From assembly GCA_033581555.1 (NCBI GenBank), contig JAVQSZ010000002.1, positions 96,001 to 160,000 on the forward strand: 64,000 bases of DNA. The letters run 5' to 3'. This DNA comes from Nitrososphaerota archaeon (GTDB taxonomy: Archaea > Thermoproteota > Nitrososphaeria_A > Caldarchaeales > Calditenuaceae). The notes below the pieces were generated by a model, which was given only the letters and a program-made list of their open reading frames with translations, was not told where the DNA came from and searched no databases. A program made the translations under genes and the position numbers. Below, piece by piece: positions 56,486 through 64,000 of this stretch. Each line of letters opens with the position of its first letter. Position 1 is the first letter of the stretch.

Positions 56486-57628
56486 TCAGGAGCCCTTGCT
56501 CCAGAAGACCGGGATGAACCTCTTGGTCCTGCCGTAGTCCTTGGGAGGCGAGCCGACGATCGCGACCTTGTAGCCGCAGCTCGGGCACCTGTTGTCCTTG
56601 GTCAACCTCCAGTCGACGATGTCGAAGCCGTACCTCTCCACGACCATCTCGCCGCAGCCCGGGCAGTATGTGCTCTCGTAGGGGTGACCGGGGACGTTCC
56701 CAATGTAGACGTAGTTCATCCCCTCCTCCTTCGCGACCCTGTAGTGCCTCTCAAGGGTCTCAACCGGCGTCCAGGGTAGGTGCATCAGCTTGTAGTCTGG
56801 GTGGAACCTAAGGAAGTGGATCGGCGTGTCGGGGCCTAGGTTGTCGTGGACCCACCTGACTAGCTTCCTCGCGGCGTTCAGGTCGTCCCCGATCTCTGGC
56901 ACGACGAGGTCCGTGATCTCGACGTGGATTTTGGTCCTCTCCTTGATCTCTAGGAGGGTCTGGAAGATCGGCTCGGGGCTCGGTATCCCGACGTACTTCC
57001 TGAGGAAGTTCACCTCCCCGTTCCCCTTGAAGTCGACGGTAGCGGCGTCGAGGAACTCCGCGGCCATGCTCACGGACTCGGGAGTCCAGTAACCGTTTGT
57101 GACGAAGACGTTGATCAGCCCCCTTTGCCTCGCGTTCACGCCGACGTCGTGGGCGAACTCCATGAAGATCGTCGGCTCGTTGTAGGTGTAGGCTATGCCG
57201 TGGGAGCCGTACCGCACCGCGGCCTCCACGACCTCCTCGGGCGTGACCTCGATCCCTTCGACCTTCCTCCGCTGGCTGATGTCGAAGTTCTGGCAGTAGG
57301 CGCAGAGCCAGTTGCACCCGGTAGTGGCGATGCTGAAGATCTTTGTCCCGGGCATGTAGTGGGTCACGGGCTTCTTCTCGATCGGGTCGACATGGCTCGC
57401 GATGACCCTCCCGTAGACGAAGAGGTAAAGCTTCCCTCCCACAACGCCCCTGATCCCGCAGAGGCCGACCTGTCCCTCGCCGATCTGACAGTACCTAGCG
57501 CAGGCGGTGCACTTCACCCGGCCGGGCACCCCCTCGGTCCAGAGCCTAGCCGGAGCTCCTGGGACCTCCTCGAGCCTGAACGTCGCCACCGGAGTTAGAC
57601 GTTTTGAGGCGCTCATAGGTTTTGCCAA
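56486..57628 (-). CDS. amrS: AmmeMemoRadiSam system radical SAM enzyme
   Basis: [34 protein letters not shown]. Confidence 0.9.
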   Translation of the reverse strand: MAKPMSASKRLTPVATFRLEEVPGAPARLWTEGVPGRVKCTACARYCQIGEGQVGLCGIRGVVGGKLYLFVYGRVIASHVDPIEKKPVTHYMPGTKIFSIATTGCNWLCAYCQNFDISQRRKVEGIEVTPEEVVEAAVRYGSHGIAYTYNEPTIFMEFAHDVGVNARQRGLINVFVTNGYWTPESVSMAAEFLDAATVDFKGNGEVNFLRKYVGIPSPEPIFQTLLEIKERTKIHVEITDLVVPEIGDDLNAARKLVRWVHDNLGPDTPIHFLRFHPDYKLMHLPWTPVETLERHYRVAKEEGMNYVYIGNVPGHPYESTYCPGCGEMVVERYGFDIVDWRLTKDNRCPSCGYKVAIVGSPPKDYGRTKRFIPVFWSKGS

Positions 57629-58768
57629 TCAACCCCCTTTCCGCTCGGGGGAGACCGCGACCCTAAGGAACCACAGCGAGAGGAGCTGGGCCGCGAGGGA
57701 GTAGGCGACGAGTCCGGCCGGTCCTACCCCTGCGTCCACCATCAACCCGAAGGCCAGTCCGGCTACCGAGTAACCGATCCCCACGCCGAGGCCGAAGACG
57801 CCATACGCGGTGCCGAGGCGGCCCGACCCCGCGAGCTCCGCGACCACCGCCCTGAAGATCGACTCTTGGGCACCGATCACGACACCGACCAAGCCCGCGC
57901 AGACAAGGAGGAGGTTGAGGTCGTTGGTGAGCAGCGCCGCGGGGACCGCGCTGACCAGCACCGTGAGCGAGACCACCCTCGCGCCGTACCGGTCGAGGGC
58001 CCTTCCCAGCGGGATCGCAGCGACGGCGTCGGTGACCATCGCGACCGAGTAGGCCAGCGGGACCATCCACTCGGCTCCCTCCGCGACAACCGAGACCTTG
58101 TAGAGTACGATCGATATCGGGAGGAGCCCCGCGACGTTGAGCGACGCAGCAGCGGTGTAAGCGATCACCCTCCGCTGGGGACCTCTTACAGGTGGATCCC
58201 GTTCCACCCTTGCGCTCACCTTCGGTACCCTCCAGACGAGGAGCAGCAGCGCCGCATAGGGGAGAAGGGTGTAGAGGACGGCCGTCCTGATTTCGCCGTG
58301 GGCAGCTGCAGCGGCCGCTATCATCAGAGGCCCCGCCATCGCGCCGAACTGGTCGAGGAACTCGTGGAGGCCGAAGGCAGACCCGAGGCCCATCTCGCCC
58401 CTCAGCCTCGCGAGCATCGCGTCCCTCGCGGGGACCCTGAGGCCCCTCGCGACCCGCTCGACGAAGACGATCGCCGCGAGCGCGGCCCAGCTCTGGGCGA
58501 AGGCCATCAGGGGGACCACGAAGAGCATCCCGTAGCCGATCCTGACCAAGAGGTCGTACCTCCCGGACCTGTCTGCGACCGCTCCGCCGATCGGCCTCGC
58601 AGCCCAGCCCGCGAGCTCCGCGGCACCCATCACCAACCCTACGCCAGCAGCCGTGAGCCCCAACTGCCTGAAGAGGTCCGGCGCGACGGCCCTCCCACCT
58701 TCGTAGACGAAGTCGCCGAAGAGGCTCAGGAGCCCCAAGAGGAGGACCGTTCTGAGGCCGGCGCGCAT
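57629..58768 (-). CDS. MFS transporter
   Basis: SLFGDFVYEGGR, GAVADRSGR, RVPARD; start set to ATG 58768. Confidence 0.9.
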   Translation of the reverse strand: MRAGLRTVLLLGLLSLFGDFVYEGGRAVAPDLFRQLGLTAAGVGLVMGAAELAGWAARPIGGAVADRSGRYDLLVRIGYGMLFVVPLMAFAQSWAALAAIVFVERVARGLRVPARDAMLARLRGEMGLGSAFGLHEFLDQFGAMAGPLMIAAAAAAHGEIRTAVLYTLLPYAALLLLVWRVPKVSARVERDPPVRGPQRRVIAYTAAASLNVAGLLPISIVLYKVSVVAEGAEWMVPLAYSVAMVTDAVAAIPLGRALDRYGARVVSLTVLVSAVPAALLTNDLNLLLVCAGLVGVVIGAQESIFRAVVAELAGSGRLGTAYGVFGLGVGIGYSVAGLAFGLMVDAGVGPAGLVAYSLAAQLLSLWFLRVAVSPERKGG

Positions 58769-58856
58769 CGCGCCTCTTGACCCAGCCCGCGCGATAAACT
58801 TCGGTCTCGGCGCGGTCCCGCGCAACTCATTAATACGGAGCGGCCGAAGCTCGATC

Positions 58857-59145
58857 GGGGGCGGTGGGTAGGGCCGGGGGGCCAGCCCTCCCCCTCCCAG
58901 AGGGGACCCGAAACGGGCTAGACGCGGGGGCCAGCAACCGAGCGGGGAGGCGACCGCGAAGGGACGGGCGCGGGCAGGGAGAGGGGTGAACGCGCGTCCT
59001 GGTGGAGGCGGGTAGGGCTCCATGCCCTCCGTAGGGAGGGCCCCTGGGGCCCGCGCGCGCCGAACCGTGTCAGGCCCGGGAGGGAGCAGCACTAAGGCGC
59101 GGCCCGTCTGCTGCCGGGGTGACGTGCGCGACCGATCCGCCCTCC
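58857..59145 (+). ncRNA. ffs: Archaeal signal recognition particle (7S) RNA
   Basis: Helix 8 GTCAGGCCC-GGGA-GGGAGCAGC; helix 6 GCCCTCC-GTAG-GGAGGGC; Alu-like 5' GGCCGGGGGG...ACCCGAAAC...CGGGGGCC; 5'/3' pairing GGGGCGG/CCGCCCT; TTAATA ~25 nt upstream. Ends approximate. Confidence 0.92.
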
Positions 59146-59154
59146 GTCCGTCCC

Positions 59155-60543
59155 TCAACGGCCGCTGAACCGCCCGGGTCCACCGCCCCCTCTCCTCTCG
59201 GGCACGATCAGCCGTCCGTGTCCAGGCCTTCCGACGACATCACCCCTCTCTGCGACGACCTCGCCCCGCACGACCGTGTAGACGGGCCAGCCCCTCACCG
59301 TCACCCCCTCGAACGGCGTGACCTTGCTCCTGCTGTGGAGCGCCTCCGACGAGATCCTCCGCTCGGCACTTAGGTCGACGATTGTGAGGTCCGCGTCCGA
59401 TCCGACGGCGATCGCGCCCTTCCGTGGATGGAGCCCCCAGATCTTAGCGGGTTTCACAGAGACGAGCCGCACCAGCCTCCTCAGCGTCAGTTCTCCCCTG
59501 TTGACTAGGTTCAGCAGGAGCGGGAGCATCGTCTCGACGCCGGGGAAGCCCGAGGGAGCCACCCAGACTTCCTCGGCCCGCTTCTCCTCCGGGAGATGGG
59601 GGGCGTGGTCCGATCCGACCGCGTCGATCAGGCCGCGCCTGATTCCGTCCCACAGGGCCTCCGCGTGACCACGGTCCCTGATCGGCGGGTTGACCTTCGC
59701 GACGTTACCCATCTTCCTCAGCGCCTCCTCTCCGTCGAGGAGGAGGTAGTGGGGGCAGGTCTCGAGGGTGACGTCGACGCCCATCGCCCTGAACCTCTCC
59801 GCGAGCTCGAGGCACTGGGAAGAGGTGACGTGAAAGACGTGGACCTTCGCGCCAGTTAGCCAAGCGGCAGTCAGTACCCTCGCGACCGCGACGACCTCAG
59901 CCTCGACCGGCCTCGCCTCGAGGTGCGCCATCGGGTCGCTCCTCCCAGCCGCCCTGAGCGCCTCCCTGAGCGCAGCTATCATCTTGCCGTCCTCCGCGTG
60001 GAACCCGACCCTTACGCCGGCCCTCGCGCACCTCCGCATCAGCTCGATGACCTCGTGGTCTTCTGGGAAATCGGAGATCCCTGTCGTCTCGGAGAGGTAG
60101 ACCTTCAGCCCGACGATGCCTCTCAACGTCAACTCCTCGAGGGACCAGCGCCCCCTCCTGTAACCGCCGTAGAGCCCGAAGTCTACGACCGATTTGGCCG
60201 ACGCCCTCTCGAGCTTCAGGTCGAACGACTCGCCGTCGACGGTCGGGGGGATCGTGTTGGGCATCTCGAGGACCGTCGTCACTCCCCCAGCGGCCGCAGC
60301 CGCCGAACCGGTCCCGAAGTCCTCCTTGTGCTCCATCCCCGGCTCCCTGAAGTGAACGTGCTCGTCGATGACGCCCGGCAGGACCACCAGCCCTGATGCG
60401 TCGACCTCGACCTCTCCTCGGGGGACTGTCGCGTCCGTGCCGATCGCGCTGATCCTCCCGTCCTCGACGCCGATCGTCGCCCTGAAGACGTCATCCGGGG
60501 TGACGACGGTCGCGTTCCTGACGACCAGGTCGGGCCTAGCCAT
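59155..60543 (-). CDS. pyrC: Dihydroorotase (cyclic amidohydrolase family)
   Basis: DEHVHFREPG with the substrate-binding Arg, EMPNT, KVNPP, SDHAPH; coupled to pyrF-pyrE. Allantoinase is less likely. Confidence 0.8.
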   Translation of the reverse strand: MARPDLVVRNATVVTPDDVFRATIGVEDGRISAIGTDATVPRGEVEVDASGLVVLPGVIDEHVHFREPGMEHKEDFGTGSAAAAAGGVTTVLEMPNTIPPTVDGESFDLKLERASAKSVVDFGLYGGYRRGRWSLEELTLRGIVGLKVYLSETTGISDFPEDHEVIELMRRCARAGVRVGFHAEDGKMIAALREALRAAGRSDPMAHLEARPVEAEVVAVARVLTAAWLTGAKVHVFHVTSSQCLELAERFRAMGVDVTLETCPHYLLLDGEEALRKMGNVAKVNPPIRDRGHAEALWDGIRRGLIDAVGSDHAPHLPEEKRAEEVWVAPSGFPGVETMLPLLLNLVNRGELTLRRLVRLVSVKPAKIWGLHPRKGAIAVGSDADLTIVDLSAERRISSEALHSRSKVTPFEGVTVRGWPVYTVVRGEVVAERGDVVGRPGHGRLIVPERRGGGGPGRFSGR

Positions 60544-61867
60544 CCCGCTGCGACCTGAGCTCCCTCACGACCTCCCAGAACTCATCATCGATTGTGCAGA
60601 GCGGGTGGAGGCTCATCCTCTCGGAGGCCAGCGCCTCGCTCGCGCCCTCCTGCCTGTCCACGACGACGAAGTAGTGCGAAATCCTGCCTCCCGAATCCCG
60701 CAGCGCCCTCGCGCACTCGGCAGCGGTCCTTCCGGTCGTCGTGAGGTCGTCGACCCCTATGAACTCCTCTCCCGGGGAGACGACGCCCTCAATCCTCTTC
60801 CCGAGGCCGTGGTCCTTCGACCCAGACCTGTAATAGACGAGCCCCGTGCCGAGCCTGTCCGCGACCAACGCCGCGATCGGGATGCCCGCGGTCGCAGTGG
60901 TGGCCACCTTGAACCCTCCCCGGCCGACGACCCTGCTGACCGTGGCCACCATCAACCTCACGATCCTGTCCCTCGCCCTAGGATAGGAGTAGATGGCCCT
61001 CGTGTCGATGTAGTAGTGGGAGAGCTTCCCCGAGGAGAGCCTGATCGGCTGCTCAGACTCCACCACAGCGCCCTCGCAGGACGCGAGCGCCTCGATCACC
61101 GAGTACCTCGCCCTCAGCCGCTCGGCCTCGTCCCTCAGCTCCCTCGCCCTCTCCGCTGGCGAGGCGGCCTCGAGGACCGACCTCCCGAAGTTCAAGAGGA
61201 CCCTCTCGCCGCCGTACCTCGCCGCTACCTTTAGCTCCCCTCCCTGCGCGCCAAGCCCCGGTATCAGGAGGACCGCGTCGTCCCCGACCCTCCTCCTCAC
61301 CCTCCTGAGCGTCGGTCCGTCCACGAAGGGCCCGAGCCCGACCACGAAGCCCTCCGAGCCAGCCCTCGCCGCGTCGTCGAGGAGCCTCTCGAAGAACCTC
61401 TCCCCGGTCGAGAGCGTCGCGAGGTAGGTCGCGGCCGCGTGGGGCGAGGAGGGTATGACAAGCGCGAAGGTCCAGAGCCCCTTCGAGGACGCCTCCCTGA
61501 CCACGTGCTCCGAGTTGCCGATCACGGGGTTGAAGGTGAACCCGTCGAACCCGAGCTCCGAGACCGTCCTCACGCCGGCGGAGACCGTGTGCTCGACGTC
61601 ATTCATCTTGCAGTCGAGGACCGTGATGCACTCCTTGGACCTCGCCAGGTCGTTCAGCTCCCTCAGGCCGTCGCCCGGGACGCCCCTTACGAAGTTCTCG
61701 TTCAGCTTGACCGCGACGACGTACGCCGAAAGCTCCTCGATCGCCCTCCTGCAGAACTCGAGCCTCGACTTCGGGTCCGGGAACCTCTCGGGCGGGGGAT
61801 CCAGGCTCAGCGAGATCGACGTTCCCTTCCTCTGGACGATGTCGTCGTAGGCCCTCTGGAGCCGCAT
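60536..61867 (-). CDS. pyrF-pyrE: OMP decarboxylase - orotate phosphoribosyltransferase fusion
   Basis: LDCKMNDVEHT and PGLGAQGG (PyrF), then LSSGKLSHYYID, KDHG, VDDLTTTG, VVDR (PyrE); start set to ATG 61867. Confidence 0.9.
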   Translation of the reverse strand: MRLQRAYDDIVQRKGTSISLSLDPPPERFPDPKSRLEFCRRAIEELSAYVVAVKLNENFVRGVPGDGLRELNDLARSKECITVLDCKMNDVEHTVSAGVRTVSELGFDGFTFNPVIGNSEHVVREASSKGLWTFALVIPSSPHAAATYLATLSTGERFFERLLDDAARAGSEGFVVGLGPFVDGPTLRRVRRRVGDDAVLLIPGLGAQGGELKVAARYGGERVLLNFGRSVLEAASPAERARELRDEAERLRARYSVIEALASCEGAVVESEQPIRLSSGKLSHYYIDTRAIYSYPRARDRIVRLMVATVSRVVGRGGFKVATTATAGIPIAALVADRLGTGLVYYRSGSKDHGLGKRIEGVVSPGEEFIGVDDLTTTGRTAAECARALRDSGGRISHYFVVVDRQEGASEALASERMSLHPLCTIDDEFWEVVRELRSQRDG

Positions 61868-61949
61868 TCGGTCCGATTCGCCTCTCCGGGACTTTAAGGG
61901 TTGGCGACGCAGGTGAAGCGCTAAAAGGCGAGTAACGCCGCGCTCGCCG

Positions 61950-62807
61950 GTGTCAAGGGTCGCCAAGATCGGGAGGGTCGAGGTCGGAGAGGGCAGGCCG
62001 GTCGCGGTGATGGGGATCATCAACGTCAGCCCCGAGTCCTTCCACAAGTCCTCGGTGAGGAGGACGCCGGAGGAGGTCTCGGAGGCCGCGGTGAGGATGG
62101 TCGAGGAGGGAGCCGACGTGATCGACGTCGGAGGGATGTCCTCGGCGCCCTACCTCGATACCACGGTGCCCGAGGAGGTCGAGTCCGAGAGGGTCAGGAT
62201 GGCGATCAGAGCCGTGAGGGACGCGGTCGACGTGCCCATCTCCCTTGACACCTATAGGGTCAGGCCCGCGCTGGAGGGCCTGAGGCTGGGCGTCGAGGCG
62301 ATCAACGACGTCTACGGCCTCGCCCACCTCGAGGCGATCCTGAAGGAGATCGCGGACTCAGGTGTCTCGCTCGTCCTCATGGCGAGGGACGTCAGGGAGG
62401 GCGACGTGATCGAGGGGATCAGGTCGAGGCTGAGGTCCGCGATGAGAAAGGCGCTTTCAGCCGGAATCGGGGAGGAGAGGATAGTCCTCGACCCGGGCGT
62501 GGGGTTCCACAGGGAGCACGAGTCGCTGAAGTGGTACCAGGTGGACGTCGAGATCCTCCGGAGGCTCGGGGAGCTCAGGGACCTCGCGAGGCCGCTCCTG
62601 GTCGGGTGCTCAATGAAGAGCTTCATCGGGAAGCTGACCGGGAGGCAGGCCACCGACGAGAGGATCTTCGGCTCGATCGCGTCCGAGGCGGTCGCGGTGT
62701 TGAGCGGCGCCGATGTGATAAGGACCCACAACCCGAGGCTGACCCTCGACGCGGTCAGGGTGGCATCGGCGGTGATCGGGAGGCCCGCGAAGCCCCTCAT
62801 GGTCTGA
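61950..62807 (+). CDS. folP: Dihydropteroate synthase
   Basis: MGIINVSPESF, DVGG, SLDT, INDV, DPGVGF, SMKSF, RTH. Confidence 0.93.
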   Translation: MSRVAKIGRVEVGEGRPVAVMGIINVSPESFHKSSVRRTPEEVSEAAVRMVEEGADVIDVGGMSSAPYLDTTVPEEVESERVRMAIRAVRDAVDVPISLDTYRVRPALEGLRLGVEAINDVYGLAHLEAILKEIADSGVSLVLMARDVREGDVIEGIRSRLRSAMRKALSAGIGEERIVLDPGVGFHREHESLKWYQVDVEILRRLGELRDLARPLLVGCSMKSFIGKLTGRQATDERIFGSIASEAVAVLSGADVIRTHNPRLTLDAVRVASAVIGRPAKPLMV

Positions 62808-63726
62808 CCCTGTCGACCAGAAGCAGGACCGTAAGGGCCGCGTCGAGGACGTCGGCAGATGACCCTGGCCTGATGTCCCTCTCCCTGAAGCGCCTGTCCA
62901 TCTCCTTGAGGATCCTCCTCCCCTCAGCGGTCGTCGCGCCCCCTGCCCTCAGGGCCCGTGCGGCCACCTCCTTCACTGATAGCGCCGCGTGGAGTCCGTT
63001 CCTCCTGACCACGTGTGTGTCGGGTCTCTCGGCCATCACCGCGAGGAGGCCGTTGACCGCGGCCGCGTTCAGGTCGCCACCGTTCCTCAAGACTCTCCTC
63101 AGCTCGCGCAGACACGTGCCGAACGAGAGGGGATAACCGCCGACGAGCTCGTCGGCCACGAGGTCCCGGCCCGGGTACGCCCTCAGCGCGTCGAGCAGCC
63201 CGATCCTGCGCCTCCTCACCTCCTCGTACGTCCTCTCGTCGTTGACGTCGAGATACGGCACCGACCCGAGCCCTCCGGGCCTCGAGAGCCTGATCGCCCT
63301 GAAAACTCCCAGTGTGTCGCGCCAGTCGGTGCCCACGAGCACCACCCTCGCAGCCCTCCTCAGCGCGACCTCGCTCAGACCCTTGCCCTTCCCTATCGAC
63401 GCTCCCGCGGCGGCGCAGAGCGGCACCACCAGCAGCACCGCTCCGAGGTGGGCGTTCCCTCCCCTTTGGGACGAGAGGGAAGACTCTACGGCCCGGAGGA
63501 CCAGCTCGCCGAGCTCGCCGGGCCTCAACCCCCTCATCCCCCTTCTCGCGGCCTCGTAGAACCACCTGTACAGCGAGACCGCGCTCGCCTGCATCCTTAT
63601 CGCGCTGAGCTCCCTGAGGTCGCTCCGGCGGTCGACGAGCCCGGGCTTCGGGGTCGCGAGCAGCTCGACGAGGAGGGCCGAGGTCGCAGAGTAGGCCACG
63701 GTGTGAAGCGCGTCGTCCCTTGTCAA
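62797..63726 (-). CDS. citG: CitG family (triphosphoribosyl-dephospho-CoA synthase-like)
   Basis: PKPGLV, NAHLG, PDTHV, PGSSAD. Confidence 0.85.
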   Translation of the reverse strand: MTRDDALHTVAYSATSALLVELLATPKPGLVDRRSDLRELSAIRMQASAVSLYRWFYEAARRGMRGLRPGELGELVLRAVESSLSSQRGGNAHLGAVLLVVPLCAAAGASIGKGKGLSEVALRRAARVVLVGTDWRDTLGVFRAIRLSRPGGLGSVPYLDVNDERTYEEVRRRRIGLLDALRAYPGRDLVADELVGGYPLSFGTCLRELRRVLRNGGDLNAAAVNGLLAVMAERPDTHVVRRNGLHAALSVKEVAARALRAGGATTAEGRRILKEMDRRFRERDIRPGSSADVLDAALTVLLLVDRVRP

Positions 63727-63728
63727 GG

Positions 63729-64000
63729 CTAGAGCTCCGAGAGCAGCTTGTGAAACTCCCTCCTGTGTACCCGGAAGGAGCTGAACCTCCTAGCCCTGGA
63801 GTTCTCCCCGAGGTCGACGTCGCAGACCACCATGTCCTCTTCGAAGAGCTTGCCCTCGCCGAGGACTGAGCCGTCGGGGCCCACGACCATCGACCCTCCC
63901 CAGAAGTACTCCTCGTCCTCAGGGCCGACGAGGTTCGCGAACGCGACGTGGACGGTATTGGTGATCGCGGTGGCCATCAGGATCGCCCGCCAGGCCTCCC
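63729..64000 (-). CDS. Carbon-nitrogen hydrolase (nitrilase family), C-terminal part
   Basis: ANLVG...FWGGSMVVGPDG...EEDMVVCDVD; open to the window edge. Confidence 0.85.
   Translation of the reverse strand, partial: EAWRAILMATAITNTVHVAFANLVGPEDEEYFWGGSMVVGPDGSVLGEGKLFEEDMVVCDVDLGENSRARRFSSFRVHRREFHKLLSEL

Noticed and set aside
58769-59158. Pro/Arg-rich N-terminal extension of the MFS transporter
   Set aside because: It is the antisense reading of the SRP RNA gene.

Overview
Archaeal chromosomal window, about 65-70% GC by eye. The rpl13e, rpl39e, rpl31e, aIF6, TiaS and archaeal-type ThrRS genes point to a TACK archaeon, plausibly a thermophilic Aigarchaeota/Caldarchaeales member (inference). 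Positions 1-~7380 are a lower-GC defence island. It holds a type I-A CRISPR-Cas interference module (csa5-cas7-cas5-cas3'-cas3''-csaX, cut by the window edge), a divergent csa3 regulator with a 12-bp palindrome in the shared promoter, a wHTH-OB protein, and an HsdR_N-like nuclease-fold gene with a degenerate active site and a frameshifted C-terminal domain. No CRISPR array, cas1/2/4/6 or tRNA is visible. The rest is densely packed, shuffled housekeeping DNA (translation, tRNA modification, pyrimidine/folate/amino-acid synthesis, ABC/MFS transport) plus the SRP RNA. Most notable: an LbpA-like lipoyl domain fused to TusA, a GcvH paralog lacking the lipoyl lysine, a candidate double-guide C/D sRNA whose guides fit tRNA-Leu G18 and U44, an SRP Alu domain with an insertion replacing the UGU motif, a PyrF-PyrE fusion, and a multi-stem RNA-like element after rtcA. 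Family calls come from motif recognition only; no database search was run.
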